A DNA stretch of 63,717 nt, counting the filler, from Licmophora abbreviata (lineage: Eukaryota): assembly GCA_900291995.1 (NCBI GenBank). It is 10 parts of 10 records of this genome, joined end to end, with 100 filler letters (N's around TTAATTAATTAA, not from the genome) between each part and the next. Parts side by side here need not be neighbours in the genome. Positions count along the whole stretch, not along the records: positions 1 to 24,772 come from OLMU01003597.1; positions 24,873 to 26,923 come from OLMU01003601.1; positions 27,024 to 37,110 come from OLMU01003602.1; 7 more parts are not named here. One strand, 5' to 3'. Of this stretch, positions 21,240 through 32,868 are shown one piece after another. The translations under genes and the position numbers were made by a program. The notes under the pieces were generated by a model that was given only the letters and a program-made list of their open reading frames with translations, was not told where the DNA came from and searched no databases. The stretch's first letter is position 1, and each line of letters opens with the position of its first letter.

Positions 21240-21838
21240 ATGAAGCTCGCTATCATTGCCTCCCTAGCCATCAGCGGCGTCACTGCCTTTGCTCCCACCA
21301 GCTCGCAGAGCAAATCCTCTGCTCTGCAAATGGCGGCCTTTTCCGACGCACTTGGCGCGCAGCCTCCTCTTGGATTCTTCGATCCCCTTGGACTCGTGAA
21401 GGATGGCGACCAGGAGACCTTTGATCGTCTCCGCCTTGTGGAAATCAAGCACGGTCGTATTGCTATGTTGGCGGTCTCTGGATACTTGGTGCAAGAAAGT
21501 GGCATGCGTCTTTCCGGTGATATTGACTATTCAGGCACTTCATTCGAGTCGATTCCCAACGGATTTGCCGCTTTGACTGCCATGCCCCAGGCTGGCCTGA
21601 TTCAGATTATTGCCTTTATTGGATTCATGGATGTCTTCGTGATGAAAGATCATGGCGATGGAGAGTTTGTCGGGGACTTCCGTAACGGATTCATCGACTT
21701 TGGCTGGGACAGTTTTGATGAGGACACCAAGATGAAGAAGCGCGCGATCGAACTCAACCAGGGCCGTGCGGCGCAAATGGGAATCTTGCATTGATGGTCC
21801 ATGATCAGCTGGGCGTCTCTCTTATTCCTGGACAGTAA
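21240..21838 (+). CDS. Lhcf: Fucoxanthin-chlorophyll a/c binding protein (Lhcf) with an apparent 1-bp frameshift near the C-terminus
   Basis: VTAFAP, LGAQPPLGFFDPLGL, EIKHGRIAMLA, GDFRNGFIDFGWD, ELNQGRAAQMGIL. Adding one G at ~21788 restores ALMVHDQLGVSLIPGQ*. Confidence 0.95.
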
Positions 21839-22333
21839 GGTTTAGCCAGGCTATGAGGAAGTATTGTACACTTTGATCGCGACTTGCACTGTTGAGCGTC
21901 GATGTCGGCTTACTACCTGATAAAACAAGAAAGAAGTTGTGTCCATCCGATACCGCGTATTTGAGAAAACATTCTAAGCAAAGTCTTCCACTAATCTTCC
22001 TGATTTGCGTCTATATGGTACGCATTGCAGATCATCTCGCCAAACTCTCCATCACACCAATTCGAAAGCCACACTACGCGGCCTCTCGTCTCTCGCCGCC
22101 CGTGCAGGCACGCGCGCACTCATCGTTTCGCATCATCCGCCTGTGACGTGGCGAAACTGAGGCCACTTTTTCAGAAGACGAAGGCGCGTTCGCACCGTCT
22201 GTGCTGGCATTCATTATCACTCCCCATCATACTCATCAAACGGGCAGACCCGTTGTCATACTATTAACCCACAACAAAAGCGGCCAACAAGTCGCTCCGC
22301 TTGGCTGCATACTTTTGAATGTGTGTAAACCTG

Positions 22334-24025
22334 ATGCAACTCTTTGTGAAATTCGCACTTTTTGCTTTGCTCGAGAGGCAGACGTCCTCGTTCGTTCCAG
22401 TGGTACAACAGCGGACTCGCAGGGAAGCGTCATCGTTTTCGCGATGGCTGTCGTCGAGGCTCATCCCCCTTGGTTTATCGGACAGGGACGACGAAATCGT
22501 TGATTCCAGTGCAGTCTGTTCGACAGATGACCCAATGTCGATGGTGCGGCGGCTGACGGAAGATGCGATTCAGCATCGTGGAGAACCAAAAGGTCTTGCG
22601 GCTCTCGAGAAACTGGGCGAGCGCTCTTCACAGCGATTGCCATATGATTTCTCAGTTCCATATGTGCGAAAGGGTTCGGTGTTGTCACCCAAGCCAGGTC
22701 TGTTGCCTCGCTCCGTGACAACTGACTTTCTCAACCGCGTTGGAGAAATGGAAACTAACGGTTGGCTCAGTACGAATCCTGACTCTGTCGATCGATTGCC
22801 GAGCTTGCATGTTAATTTGGTGTCCAGCGGTAAACCATGTGTTCCTGGTACACCTTCGGATAGCTTTGAACAATCCATTCAAGACTTGTTCGACCTAGTG
22901 AAACCCTACATTTACGATGAACTCTTGCCGGGGGTCAGATCTGCCATGAACTCGCCCGACATTTGCGTTTCCGAAGTCTTTCTGCGGAGATACGGCGAAG
23001 ATTTAGTGGATGGGGCTACTCGAAGGTCAATAAGTGCGCACTTTGATGTTTCCTCGATTGTCACCTCCGTGGTTGCCATGGACGATACTGCAGCTGATGG
23101 CACCAACGGTCTCTACACCACCGTCGCGTCGCAAGAAAGTAGTGCAAGTGTTGGTCGCACTTCCAACCACGCGTCGCTCAGACGATACTTTCCCCTAGAG
23201 GCGGGCGATGCTGTTGTTCATACGTGGGATGTCCTACATGGTGTTGATATCCAGCCTGGATCGGATCGCACAAGTCTGATAGTATGGTTTTCGACCAAGG
23301 ATGCACTGGCGGCCCCTGATTCTGTATCTCCGTGGCTTTGCCGACATCCTGATTTAGAGATAGATGAGATCGCTCAATTTGTCATGGGAAGCGCCTGCGA
23401 AAGTACCGGTAATCGGGGAGCGGCTGAGGGACCCAGCACGGCTAAATTTGCTGGAAGTGTCATGACTTTTCGCGAGAGCGTGGCAACGAGAGAGGACTAC
23501 GACCTCTCCAACCTCAGTGCTTGCGACTTTTACTTGAAGAGCGCTAAAAGAGGCAACGCATTCGCTCTCGCTAGACTCGGGGATTTATGCGAAGAGCAAG
23601 CCCTTTCTCCAGACAAAACAAGGCAATGCGCGTCGGTACTGGAAAGTCTCAGTGGTGCCGTTGTGCTTCCAGAGAATCTGCGGCAAGATTGGTGCAGCGA
23701 AGAAGAATCTAGCTTGTCCCCATCGCTTATGGCAATGCAGTGTTGGATGGAAGCCGCCCTTCGGGGTAACCCCGGGGCGCAGTTAACCTTGGCCGACAAA
23801 GTTATGGAGCAAGCCCTCTCTTGCACATACGAGGACGAGGCAAACGATCTGCGGCTTCTTGCTGCCACGCTCTTTGGACTCGCTGCTCAACAAGGAAACG
23901 ATGCTGGATTGGAAGCATTGTCACGAGTTATTGGCATCGATATTGTAGCATCTGGAATCGAAAGTGAGGAAGAATTTCGAGCATCAAAGATTGTCCAGAT
24001 AGCACAGGTTGCTGATGCATTTTAA
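22334..24025 (+). CDS. 2OG-Fe(II) oxygenase domain plus Sel1-like repeats, probably plastid-targeted
   Basis: SSFVP presequence. VFLRRY, AHFD (HxD), LHGV, RTSLIVWF. C-terminal SAKRGNAFA..RLG, AALRGNPGAQ..LA, AAQQGN. Confidence 0.7.
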   Translation: MQLFVKFALFALLERQTSSFVPVVQQRTRREASSFSRWLSSRLIPLGLSDRDDEIVDSSAVCSTDDPMSMVRRLTEDAIQHRGEPKGLAALEKLGERSSQRLPYDFSVPYVRKGSVLSPKPGLLPRSVTTDFLNRVGEMETNGWLSTNPDSVDRLPSLHVNLVSSGKPCVPGTPSDSFEQSIQDLFDLVKPYIYDELLPGVRSAMNSPDICVSEVFLRRYGEDLVDGATRRSISAHFDVSSIVTSVVAMDDTAADGTNGLYTTVASQESSASVGRTSNHASLRRYFPLEAGDAVVHTWDVLHGVDIQPGSDRTSLIVWFSTKDALAAPDSVSPWLCRHPDLEIDEIAQFVMGSACESTGNRGAAEGPSTAKFAGSVMTFRESVATREDYDLSNLSACDFYLKSAKRGNAFALARLGDLCEEQALSPDKTRQCASVLESLSGAVVLPENLRQDWCSEEESSLSPSLMAMQCWMEAALRGNPGAQLTLADKVMEQALSCTYEDEANDLRLLAATLFGLAAQQGNDAGLEALSRVIGIDIVASGIESEEEFRASKIVQIAQVADAF

Positions 24026-24361
24026 TCTTTCTGTTGTAAGCATCGCCATTGCTCAAGGGAGCTTTGTGAAGGAGGTGCGATTTGGGTTGCCGGCACATTT
24101 GTCTGTGCACAACGACAGAGGTCCGTTTAGATCCAGTACAATGTGTCCCTTACTCAAGAGTCGCAAAGAGGCATTTGACTTGTCCAAAAATTTGAATTGT
24201 GTGTGAACCCATACATTCGGGTTTTGAATCAGTACCGTTGACCATGTGCGTTCGTCGACTGCATGAAAGTCTCAATTCAAACCATCAACAACAATCCGAG
24301 AGTGTCAGTATGTCCCCAGAGGCTCACAATTTGAACTGAATCGTCATTCAGAAGCGTCATC

Positions 24362-24772
24362 ATGAGTACCTTTCTTCTCGCTCTCCTTGTCAATCTTGCC
24401 ATTGTGGTGCTCTGTCGCGCTAACTCTCCTCGTTTGAGGCGTCGAGAAAAGTGTGCAGGGTACACCGCCTCAAAACACATCGATGCTTTCTTCGGAGATG
24501 GACTTGTCGAAGATACTGGGCTCACATGGCGCGCTGAAACGGCCATGTCTCTGTCTCTGTCGATGGCGTACGACGAGACGCCTTCGACCGTTCCGCCCAC
24601 CATGCCCCCGGTGGCAGATCCCTCCCCTGTCTCAATCTCATCTGTTCCGACCAATCACCCTGAACTCCAACCGTCAGCGCTTACCCCTGAAAGTGATGAA
24701 AACCCAACACAAGTCCCAACTGTTCTTTCTACGACCCCTACAATTGTGCCAGTCAGCGACCTCCCAACCCTC
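24362..24772 (+). CDS. Secreted Pro/Thr/Ser-rich protein, 5' fragment truncated by a gap
   Basis: Signal peptide, RLRRR, MSLSLSM, PT/PS-rich stalk running into the N spacer. Confidence 0.6.
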
Positions 24773-24872
24773 NNNNNNNNNNNNNNNNNNNNNNNNNNNN
24801 NNNNNNNNNNNNNNNNTTAATTAATTAANNNNNNNNNNNNNNNNNNNNNNNNNNNNNNNNNNNNNNNNNNNN
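24773..24872. other. Artificial scaffold spacer (44 N + TTAATTAATTAA + 44 N). Same spacer at 26924, 37111, 39354, 42407, 46182, 49361, 57301 and 62298
   Basis: Nine identical 100-bp blocks carrying stops in all six frames. Confidence 0.97.
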
Positions 24873-24924
24873 CAAGAGTCTGACTCTCCCAAATACAATA
24901 TCTACATCTTGCACCTGACAATAG

Positions 24925-26101
24925 CTAGCGACGTAGACCCTTGCTTGCAGACTTGCTCTTCGGGCGGATCTCTTCTTCGGGAGTGTAGTGAACAAAGATA
25001 TCATTCGAGGAACCAGGCGGGTAGAAGGCATGCCCTTTGCTCCAATCATAGCTCGAAGCGTAGGCAAACAAATTGCCGCCGCCGTTGAAGGCAGCACACG
25101 GAATGGTGTTGTTGATGGCGTTGAATCCCTTCAGGCGCTGCTTGTTGTCCTTGTCCCAGAAACTGACGACACCGTCGCTTCCGACTGTTGCGAAGGTACC
25201 ATGATGCGTGTTGAATGCAATGTCATTCACAGGGAAAACTTGATCTTTCTCGTGTCGGTGGCACTTAAATGCGAAGGACTCTTTGCCCTGTACTTTCTGA
25301 ACGTAGCTGATGCCGACACGCCCTTCGATACTTCCCACGGCATAGCCCGTGCAGTCAGGAAAGACGGATACACAGCGCGTTTGGTACTTGAGCTGACTTT
25401 CCTTGCGCAGATGCTCACGGGGCTGCGCCTGCGACACGTCGAAGGTGATTATGTGGCGACCCGCGGTCGCCACAACAAGCAAGTTGTCGCGCACGTCCAA
25501 GCTGTAAACTCTCTCTGGCATGTCCAAAACGCCAACAGGATTAGGAGTACGACAATCCCAAAACTTGAGCTTTCCGTCCCAGCCGCCGCTAACAACCAAG
25601 TTGCTTCTGCTCAGGACTCCAATGCCCTGGACCGGAGCGTCGTGCGCACCGATCTGTTGACTAACCTGCGAGGGAGCACTCTGGCCGAGCTGCCACATGC
25701 GCACCGCCTTGTCAGCACCTCCGGAAAAGACGACCGAGCCGTCATTGGAGAAGGCGGTACACAATACTGGACTCTTATTCTCGTGGTTGGCTAGATATAC
25801 GTCGAAGGGGCGAGGCGAGGCGAGGCGAAGAAAAGTGTCAGGTGGACGGATCCATGCAGTTGCTTTTCAGCTCCCTTGTGTACTTACTTTGCGCTTTCGG
25901 AAGGGCGCGTACCGCCCCACCTTGTTCTTGAACTTCCCAGCAGCGAACCCCTCCGTCCCAATTGGAGCCCACAAGAAAATTGGCCACAGGGCTCCAAGAT
26001 AGACTTGAAATGCCATCGGAGCCGGCCTGATCGAGCTTGCAGTCGTTGGGTGCAATCGATGGCTGCGTTCCCAAAACAGAACGGCCGCCAAAGGAGCTCA
26101 T
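24925..26101 (-). CDS. RAE1: mRNA export factor RAE1/Gle2 (WD40; 2 exons)
   Basis: DGISSLSWSP, WDGGVRCWEV, ESQLKYQTRCV, GSIEGRV, SFAFKCHR, FWDKDNKQRLK, YASSYDWSKG. Intron 25791..25887. Confidence 0.95.
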
Positions 26102-26480
26102 GATGAGAGAGTTAGAGGTCTGGGGCGATACGATGCAAAGGTGACAAACGACTCTCAAACAAGAGCAGACAGGTCGACGACGATCACGTTGCAACAAATT
26201 GAAATGTCATGGTCAACGAGACCGCCGCCGTCTGTATTGCGCGCGATGAGGTGCAGACAGCGTGACGTGCGATGACCGACGAAAGTGATTTCATATCAGG
26301 CTATAATCGACTAGACTGCTATGCCGGTCCTATGACGAAACCACAGTCTTTCATTCTAATTTGCATGTGGAACACGCTGCACTACAAACTGTGTCTAAAC
26401 CGGCATCTACTATGTTATGTATCCTTTCACAATGGTCGTTTTGTACAGCGAGAGTCAACAAACGGCGCGTCACACTCCCA

Positions 26481-27594
26481 CTACAGAAGGTTGGAGCTCG
26501 CATCCATCAGCTGCTCCAACGCCACATTGATTGGCTTAAAGAATATAGGAAACTGGTTCACAATAGCATTCTGTGTCACCCACTCTTGTGCAGCAAATCC
26601 TGTAATGGCCAGCATGGCAAGTCGTCCGTTGAACACTTCCGCTTCCAGTTGGAAGCTTTGCTGCTCCTTTGTCTTGCCAAACAGATTGAGAGGATCAAAG
26701 CCCAAATCGCCGGGATGCTGCTGGTCGTCCTTTAGGAAACTAAGTACTTCAATCATAGATGCGAGAAACAAGATGCCGCCCCAGTATACAGGGGAGATGC
26801 GGTCGAGACCACCGTTCAATACGGATGGCACGCGGTCTTGAAAGACCAAGAGGGGTTTAAGATGCAAGGCGTTGGCAATCTGCTTATCGAAAAGTTCTGC
26901 AAGGGGCCATCCGACGGCAGCCTNNNNNNNNNNNNNNNNNNNNNNNNNNNNNNNNNNNNNNNNNNNNTTAATTAATTAANNNNNNNNNNNNNNNNNNNNN
27001 NNNNNNNNNNNNNNNNNNNNNNNGCCATCCGGCGGCAGCCTGTAGAGAGAAACAATTTAATTAGATGGAGAAGCAACGTGAGTCATCAGGAAATGGTGAG
27101 TCAGACATGCGAATGCCCGTGGTTTCACACGAAGCGCTGGATCAATCACGTACCAGCATGGCAAGCCGCGCATGCTTCACTTCGGCCGTTCGTTGCCACT
27201 CGAGAGAAGTTTCGTCGCCAGCAAAGTTGAAGGGATCAAAACCTCGATCGCCAGGAAGTGTCCCGTCCAACATGGCAGGCTGTTTCAGAAAGGGAAGCGA
27301 CTGTGATCGTGGTGACACGTCTACGGCGCCACTTTGGTACAGGTTGAGAGGATCGACGATGCTGTCGTCATATATCTCATTTGTTTCAAGGGGTTGCAGG
27401 CGACCGGAGGAGCGTTCGGGAGAGTTTGAGGGATAGAGGCCAAGGGGGTCGTATAATGCTCGACTATCGAGATCGGCCATGCTGGATGCAGACTTCTCTG
27501 TCGATGTCGCTTTCGGCGTTCCCTTGGAGCCCCCAAAAGGAGAAAAGGCATACGCCGAAGACAGGAAGGCTAGAACAAGCGGAGAATACTTCAT
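26481..27594 (-). CDS. Light-harvesting complex protein, Lhcz-like, interrupted by an intron and a false gap
   Basis: [31 protein letters not shown](A/V)[40 protein letters not shown]. Intron 27040..27153. Contig ends overlap by 18 bp. Confidence 0.9.
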
Positions 27595-27989
27595 TCTGCT
27601 GTGAATGTGAAAGTGTTGTTGCGTTGCTGGTGGAAAAGTTTTGAGACAATGAAAGTGACTTCTGCAGATGCGCTCGTTCTGATGCGACCGTCCGACTCAG
27701 AACAAAGCCTACGTAGAATGTACGTGATATCGGTATGGAGACCCACGAGTGACTCACTCACGATTTGACAGGACGCGCTAGGTCAGCAACGCCGCCTGTC
27801 GACGAGAGAAAGATTCTCCTTTCCTGACACCGTGTCTCTCTGACTTGATCAGGGGCATGGTGCCCGTCAACTTCGACAAGTAAGCGTCTCTCTGCAGTCA
27901 GGCAAGCCTCAGCAGACTATCATCCGCAAAGCGATCGGCTCCCCCATGTTGAATGTGTTCGAGCCAACATGATGTGAGGTCTATGCGCC

Positions 27990-28017
27990 AAAACTGAAAA
28001 CTGAAAACTGAAAACTG
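27990..28017 (+). repeat. Tandem heptamer (AAAACTG)x4
   Basis: Four perfect copies in the divergent intergenic region between the Lhc and LSMT genes. Confidence 0.9.
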
Positions 28018-28249
28018 ACTTAATACGAAGTCGAAGGAGTCGAATAAATCGCGCGACGACGAGAGTGAAGCGCGCGTGATGATGTGACGGCACGACGACT
28101 GTTTCGAAGAAAGATATTTCTTGCTGTTCAACTTTGAATCACCTCTTCTCAGATTCATCACACTGTTGAGTTGGATTACACATTGTCAACATTTCCGAAC
28201 GATTTTGAAGAGTACTGCTGGCATATATCTGGAAAACGAGACGAGGAGG

Positions 28250-29872
28250 ATGAAATCTGGAACTTTTCAACAGATTTACTTACCCGTGCTGTTGGCAGTG
28301 ATGCTCTCCACTTTTGATGCTCGTTCGGCATCGGCGTTTTCGGGCTTCCGTCGTCCTAAATACCTTCCTCTGTTTGGTAGTAGATGGAAACATCCCGCTC
28401 GCTTATTCCAGACGACGTCCTCTTCCCTAGAGACTGTCAGTGACGCAATGGAACAAGCCCTCGAGGATTGCCGCAGCGATGTCGTCAAAACTTGCAAGGT
28501 CAAGGTTGGCACGTCACCCGACAAGCACCGACTCGGATTGGTTGCCACCTCAAATATCAAGAAGGGCGATGTTGTACTGTCGATGCCCTACGATGATCGC
28601 TATATTTTCACTCCAGAACTTGCACGCAATACAGTGTTCAAGGATACACTGCCTGAAGGATACGATGGATGGACAGGTGATACTGGATTGCTCGCATTGC
28701 TTATTCTGAACGAAGTCGCACGTAGTAGCAACGCGGGAATCGATCAACCCGCCCGTCCTGCTGCTATTCAAACATTCATACAAGCTTGGCTGGAATCCCT
28801 GCCGTCCCCGGATGATATGGCAAACGTACACCCCTATCTGTGGTCTGAAGACGATCAAGAGATTCTGCAAATGTCAAGCACCAACAAAATATATCGAATC
28901 CTGGATGATATTGATGAAGATGCCACGTGGCTGGGAGAGCGCATCTGGAGTGGAGACCGAGCCAAGTTCCCAGAAACTGTGACGCTTGGCGCCATGTCTG
29001 TACCCTGTTTTAGTAATGATGGTTTCAAATGGGCCATGGCCCTCGCGGCATCCCGAAGTGTCTTTGTTGACGGCAGTCTTCGACTTATGCCTCTGATGGA
29101 TATGTGCAATCACAACGATAAGGGAAACGAAGTCAGTGGGGGCAGTATGGGGGCCTTTGGAACCACCAGGGGAGCGCAACTTGTGGCGTCAAACAGCTAC
29201 AAGGCTGGCGAGGAGGTGTTTTGCTCTTATGGTCCCAAGAGCGCGGCAGATTACCTACTGGAACACGGATTCTGTCCGCCGCAAGTATTCAAGACGAGCG
29301 TTTCGGAACTATCGTTTGAACTGGATCCGGAAGATCGGTTTTATGATGACAAACTGGATATTCTGGAGTTTGAAACGTACGAGTCGACTCCAATGGACCC
29401 AGTTCAGTCTTTTGATGTGGTCAGCGCGCCGGCACAGGACTCGTCGCCAGATCCAGCTATGATTCAGTTTGTGCGGTTGTGCAAGTTGGGTGCATCGGAC
29501 GCATTTCTATTGGAAAGCATTTTTCGAAAAGAAGTATGGGGATTCATGGCACTTCCGGTGAGTGAAAAGAACGAAGGGGAAGTGGTTGATACCGTTATCG
29601 ATGCCTGTCAAAAGGCTCTGGACGACTTGCAGCAGTGTGGAGAAGGCGGCCCTGATGTATGCACCCAGCTACGCGAGTCAGAGACCCGAGCACTTACTCG
29701 CACGATGGAGTACTTGCAAAGAGAGAAGGAAGCACTTGATTTGAAGGAGTACTATCAAGAACGACGGTTGAAGGATCTCGGCTTGGACTCTGAATGGTCT
29801 CCCGAGGACGACGTGCCTGATCTCGGGTTTGGGCAAACCCGATCGCCAGGAGGTGCCGACTATGATTGGTAA
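28250..29872 (+). CDS. LSMT: Rubisco LSMT-like plastid lysine N-methyltransferase (SET + substrate-binding domain)
   Basis: ASAFSG presequence, RLGLVAT, LMPLMDMCNH, EEVFCSYG, DRFYDDKLDILE, DAFLLESIFR, EYYQERRLKDLGL. Confidence 0.9.
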   Translation: MKSGTFQQIYLPVLLAVMLSTFDARSASAFSGFRRPKYLPLFGSRWKHPARLFQTTSSSLETVSDAMEQALEDCRSDVVKTCKVKVGTSPDKHRLGLVATSNIKKGDVVLSMPYDDRYIFTPELARNTVFKDTLPEGYDGWTGDTGLLALLILNEVARSSNAGIDQPARPAAIQTFIQAWLESLPSPDDMANVHPYLWSEDDQEILQMSSTNKIYRILDDIDEDATWLGERIWSGDRAKFPETVTLGAMSVPCFSNDGFKWAMALAASRSVFVDGSLRLMPLMDMCNHNDKGNEVSGGSMGAFGTTRGAQLVASNSYKAGEEVFCSYGPKSAADYLLEHGFCPPQVFKTSVSELSFELDPEDRFYDDKLDILEFETYESTPMDPVQSFDVVSAPAQDSSPDPAMIQFVRLCKLGASDAFLLESIFRKEVWGFMALPVSEKNEGEVVDTVIDACQKALDDLQQCGEGGPDVCTQLRESETRALTRTMEYLQREKEALDLKEYYQERRLKDLGLDSEWSPEDDVPDLGFGQTRSPGGADYDW

Positions 29873-30119
29873 GGACTCTAGCTAGACCTGACTCTTAGAC
29901 GACCGAGCTGAGTACTATAAGCGATATTAGAAGAAACCACGGACCTTTAGCCCCAGCCGCGCGGGTACACACGTTTTTAGAGGAGAAGCGCGCGACGCGA
30001 TGATGCAATCACCACCCGTCACCCGCCATGGAACGCGGCGACGACACGAAGGTTGATGTGATTGTTGTGAAGGGCGGAGACGATCAAGACGGCACAACCC
30101 CTTATGGGAGACACCCACC

Positions 30120-31441
30120 ATGACACCGGAGAACTCCTATGAGCGGTTCGTGCCGCCTGGTAGGGCCTCGATGGCTGAAGACGCTCCAGGATGGGGGAAA
30201 GCATGCGCCGACTCTAACTCATTGACGACAGTAGGCCACATGCAGAAGGAGGCAGGCCCTGTGTGCTGGAAATGTCGAGGAACGGGTGCACCGAAGCACA
30301 AGAAGCGAAAATCTGAAGGATTGGTGGTGTCTGAATGTGCTGTGTGCCATGGACAAGGGAGACTGCCTCCTAAACGCGCTGCAACTACTGCAGCCAGCTC
30401 GCCGGGCATGATTACGCAGGGAAGGAGACGACCTACGGGTTGGATGTCATCGGGCCCCCTTCCCTATGCTCTGACGCGGCTGTCCAGCTGCAAGTGGGCG
30501 GACAGTGTTCGTCGAGCCAATGTCAGTACCGTTGGTTTCGTGTGCGAGACAAGCCTTGCAGGCAAGTGTCCCGATTGGATTCCCCGACATGGCGAAGAAC
30601 TATGCAACTTGGTTGGCTCATGGCGTATCTTGCAGCGAGTCGGATCCCATCGCTGGACTACTGATGACTTGGTAACTGCTTATGTAGCAGCATGTGAGGC
30701 GAGGTCGCTTCCTGTCTCACACTCGAGGCTCAGTTATCTTGATCTCGGGACGGGGAATGCAAGCGTCCTGCAAATGGTAACATGGGCGTTGTTGGCACAA
30801 GCGCGTTCGGTCGATGCCACAGGCCTTGAGGCGCGGATGGAAGCCGTAGCGTTGGCCCGAAGGAGTCTTCGTTCAACGTAGGACTTTCCAGGAACGTGTC
30901 AGCTCGCATCATTCATGGCGACTTTCGGAGGATGCATCTTGAAGAGGAAGCACGATTCGACTTGGTTACGGGTACGCCGCCGTACTTTCGTGTGGACTTT
31001 GCTGTCGACCAAAATGAGAGCCTCGTCACCGAGGCAGTCATTAATCAAGGTGGGATGCCCACAGCACGGCAATCTGCGCCAGCGAGGTGCGAATTCCGTG
31101 GTGGGATCGAGGCATACTGCGAAGCAGCGTCACGTGTATTGAAGGAGGACGGGAAATTCATCGTCTGTGAGAACTGGCTCAACCACGACCGCGTCGTAGT
31201 TGCAAGCAGACATTCAAACTTACAGATAGTCAAGGAGGTCCACGTGAGAGGGCGAGAGGGTCGCGGTACCTTGTTTTGCGTGTACACCATGATAGGTAGG
31301 CCGCAACCCACGACTGAGCGAGAAAATCCTTTGAATCCTACGGTATTGACGGTGCGAGATCTCGATGGAAATTGGACCAAAGACTATGCGGAGAGCGTCC
31401 TTGAAACTATGTCGATACCCTATCCTTCGATGACAATTTAA
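30120..31441 (+). CDS. SAM-dependent amino-methyltransferase (TrmN6/YfiC-like) with an N-terminal CxxCxGxG zinc finger; apparent 1-bp frameshift
   Basis: CWKCRGTG, CAVCHGQG, HRWTTDD, YLDLGTG, then in another frame HGDFR, FDLVTGTPPYF, ARCEFRGG. Adding one T at ~30869 joins them (RRSLSFNVG). Confidence 0.75.
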
Positions 31442-31575
31442 TAGAGAACTTAAATTCAAATCAGATTTCTTTTCAACAGGTTCTGTTCCTTGACTGCGGA
31501 CGTACGCAAACAAATAACTCGTTCGGTCTCGTCCGGTAAGATAATATATACATCCCCGAGATATCCTTCGATGTC

Positions 31576-32178
31576 TCACAAACTAACCACGGTAGACGCT
31601 GCCTCCGCCTCATCGATGGACATAGGTGTCACTCGATTTAGACAAGGAAAGTGATCGACGTTATGCCCTTCATCGAAAAGCAACTGTTTGAAGATTTGCT
31701 GCTGCGAGTCTAGAAGTTCAGCGAAGACGGCGTTCTCATAGTCAATCTTGGGTTTTGAACTAGGAGCCTTGCGCTTACGTGGGGCCTTCTTTTGGTTGGG
31801 ATCCTTGGCACTACGAAGTGCATGGCTGACTTTATCGCGAGCGTATTCGTCGCCCACGTCTTCCCACAAGCACGTTTCAGCATCGAGCTTCAGGAATCGT
31901 CCGTGGCATGCGCGGACCAGTCCAACGATTTCTCGCGAGATCCTGGTCTTGGCGTCTCGAGAGGGAGAAGCTTTGTATCGCAGATGGTTCATCATGATGA
32001 TGAAGTGAAAGCGCTTGTTACCAACGTGTCGCTGGGCGAGCGCGTCTCTTCCGCAGACCACGTCGAAGTTTTTCGGAACGATGTCATGATCGAACACAGT
32101 CCTTTGGAAAGAACCGAATTCTGGATATTGGAGATCGGGAGCGGCATAGAAAGGATGATTAGTCATGGTGTCGGCCAT
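31576..32178 (-). CDS. DUF6824 domain protein (diatom-expanded family)
   Basis: DVVCGR....HVGNKRF, Y....R..K..IS.EIV, GRFLK, W..V....ARDKVSHALRS. Confidence 0.85.
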   Translation of the reverse strand: MADTMTNHPFYAAPDLQYPEFGSFQRTVFDHDIVPKNFDVVCGRDALAQRHVGNKRFHFIIMMNHLRYKASPSRDAKTRISREIVGLVRACHGRFLKLDAETCLWEDVGDEYARDKVSHALRSAKDPNQKKAPRKRKAPSSKPKIDYENAVFAELLDSQQQIFKQLLFDEGHNVDHFPCLNRVTPMSIDEAEAASTVVSL

Positions 32179-32868
32179 TGGATTGATTTTGAAGCTTGAT
32201 TGGAAAGATACTTGGCATGCTGCTCGGAAGAATATATGTGAGAGGGTAGTGCCTCTCTTGGGTACGCTGCATACTCGTACGATACGTGTTTTGTCATACT
32301 GGCCAAGATCCTCCCAAGACTTTCCAAGATCAACTACTCTCCAACGTTCTTACGTTCGCATGAAATAGAAGAAAAAAGAAAATATCACCTCCAGAACGCT
32401 AAAGATAGATCTTTTGATTCGCTGCGATCCTTTTAGCTCAAGTGAAGTCACCAACGATGATAAAATTTGATGGTATCTACTCGATAAGATCTCAAGCTCG
32501 AAGTGATGGTGCCGGTGTCGCAGAAGTGTCGGATATTGTGTCTGCGAGCGCGTCGCAGGGCTGTTATGATTTTATGAAAGTACAGTTATGTGCATAGTTT
32601 TGATCAGAAATTCACAACATCTCTAAAATATGGAAAAATTTGATCCAATCTTCATAAAATAACAATAATCAACAGAAAAATCAGCGTCGACGTGTTCCAG
32701 CTCATCATCACTCTTCGTTTTGCGCCTTTCGCAAGATGATGCGAGCCTCAGTGCGGAGAACCACTCACTCGTCGTCGCATTTGTGATTGCGGTATCATTG
32801 AACCACAGCAAAGGCAAGGACAGAGAAAGCCGCGATTGATATTGCCTCTCCACGGAAAGAGTTGTAGA

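Noticed and set aside
21240..21838. Lhcf pseudogene or programmed frameshifting
   Set aside because: There is no slippery site and no other decay. The same one-base pattern appears in three other genes, so error is more parsimonious.
24817..24828. Recurrent TTAATTAATTAA palindrome as a biological repeat or insertion site
   Set aside because: It is always centred in exactly 88 Ns, so it is an artificial six-frame-stop linker.
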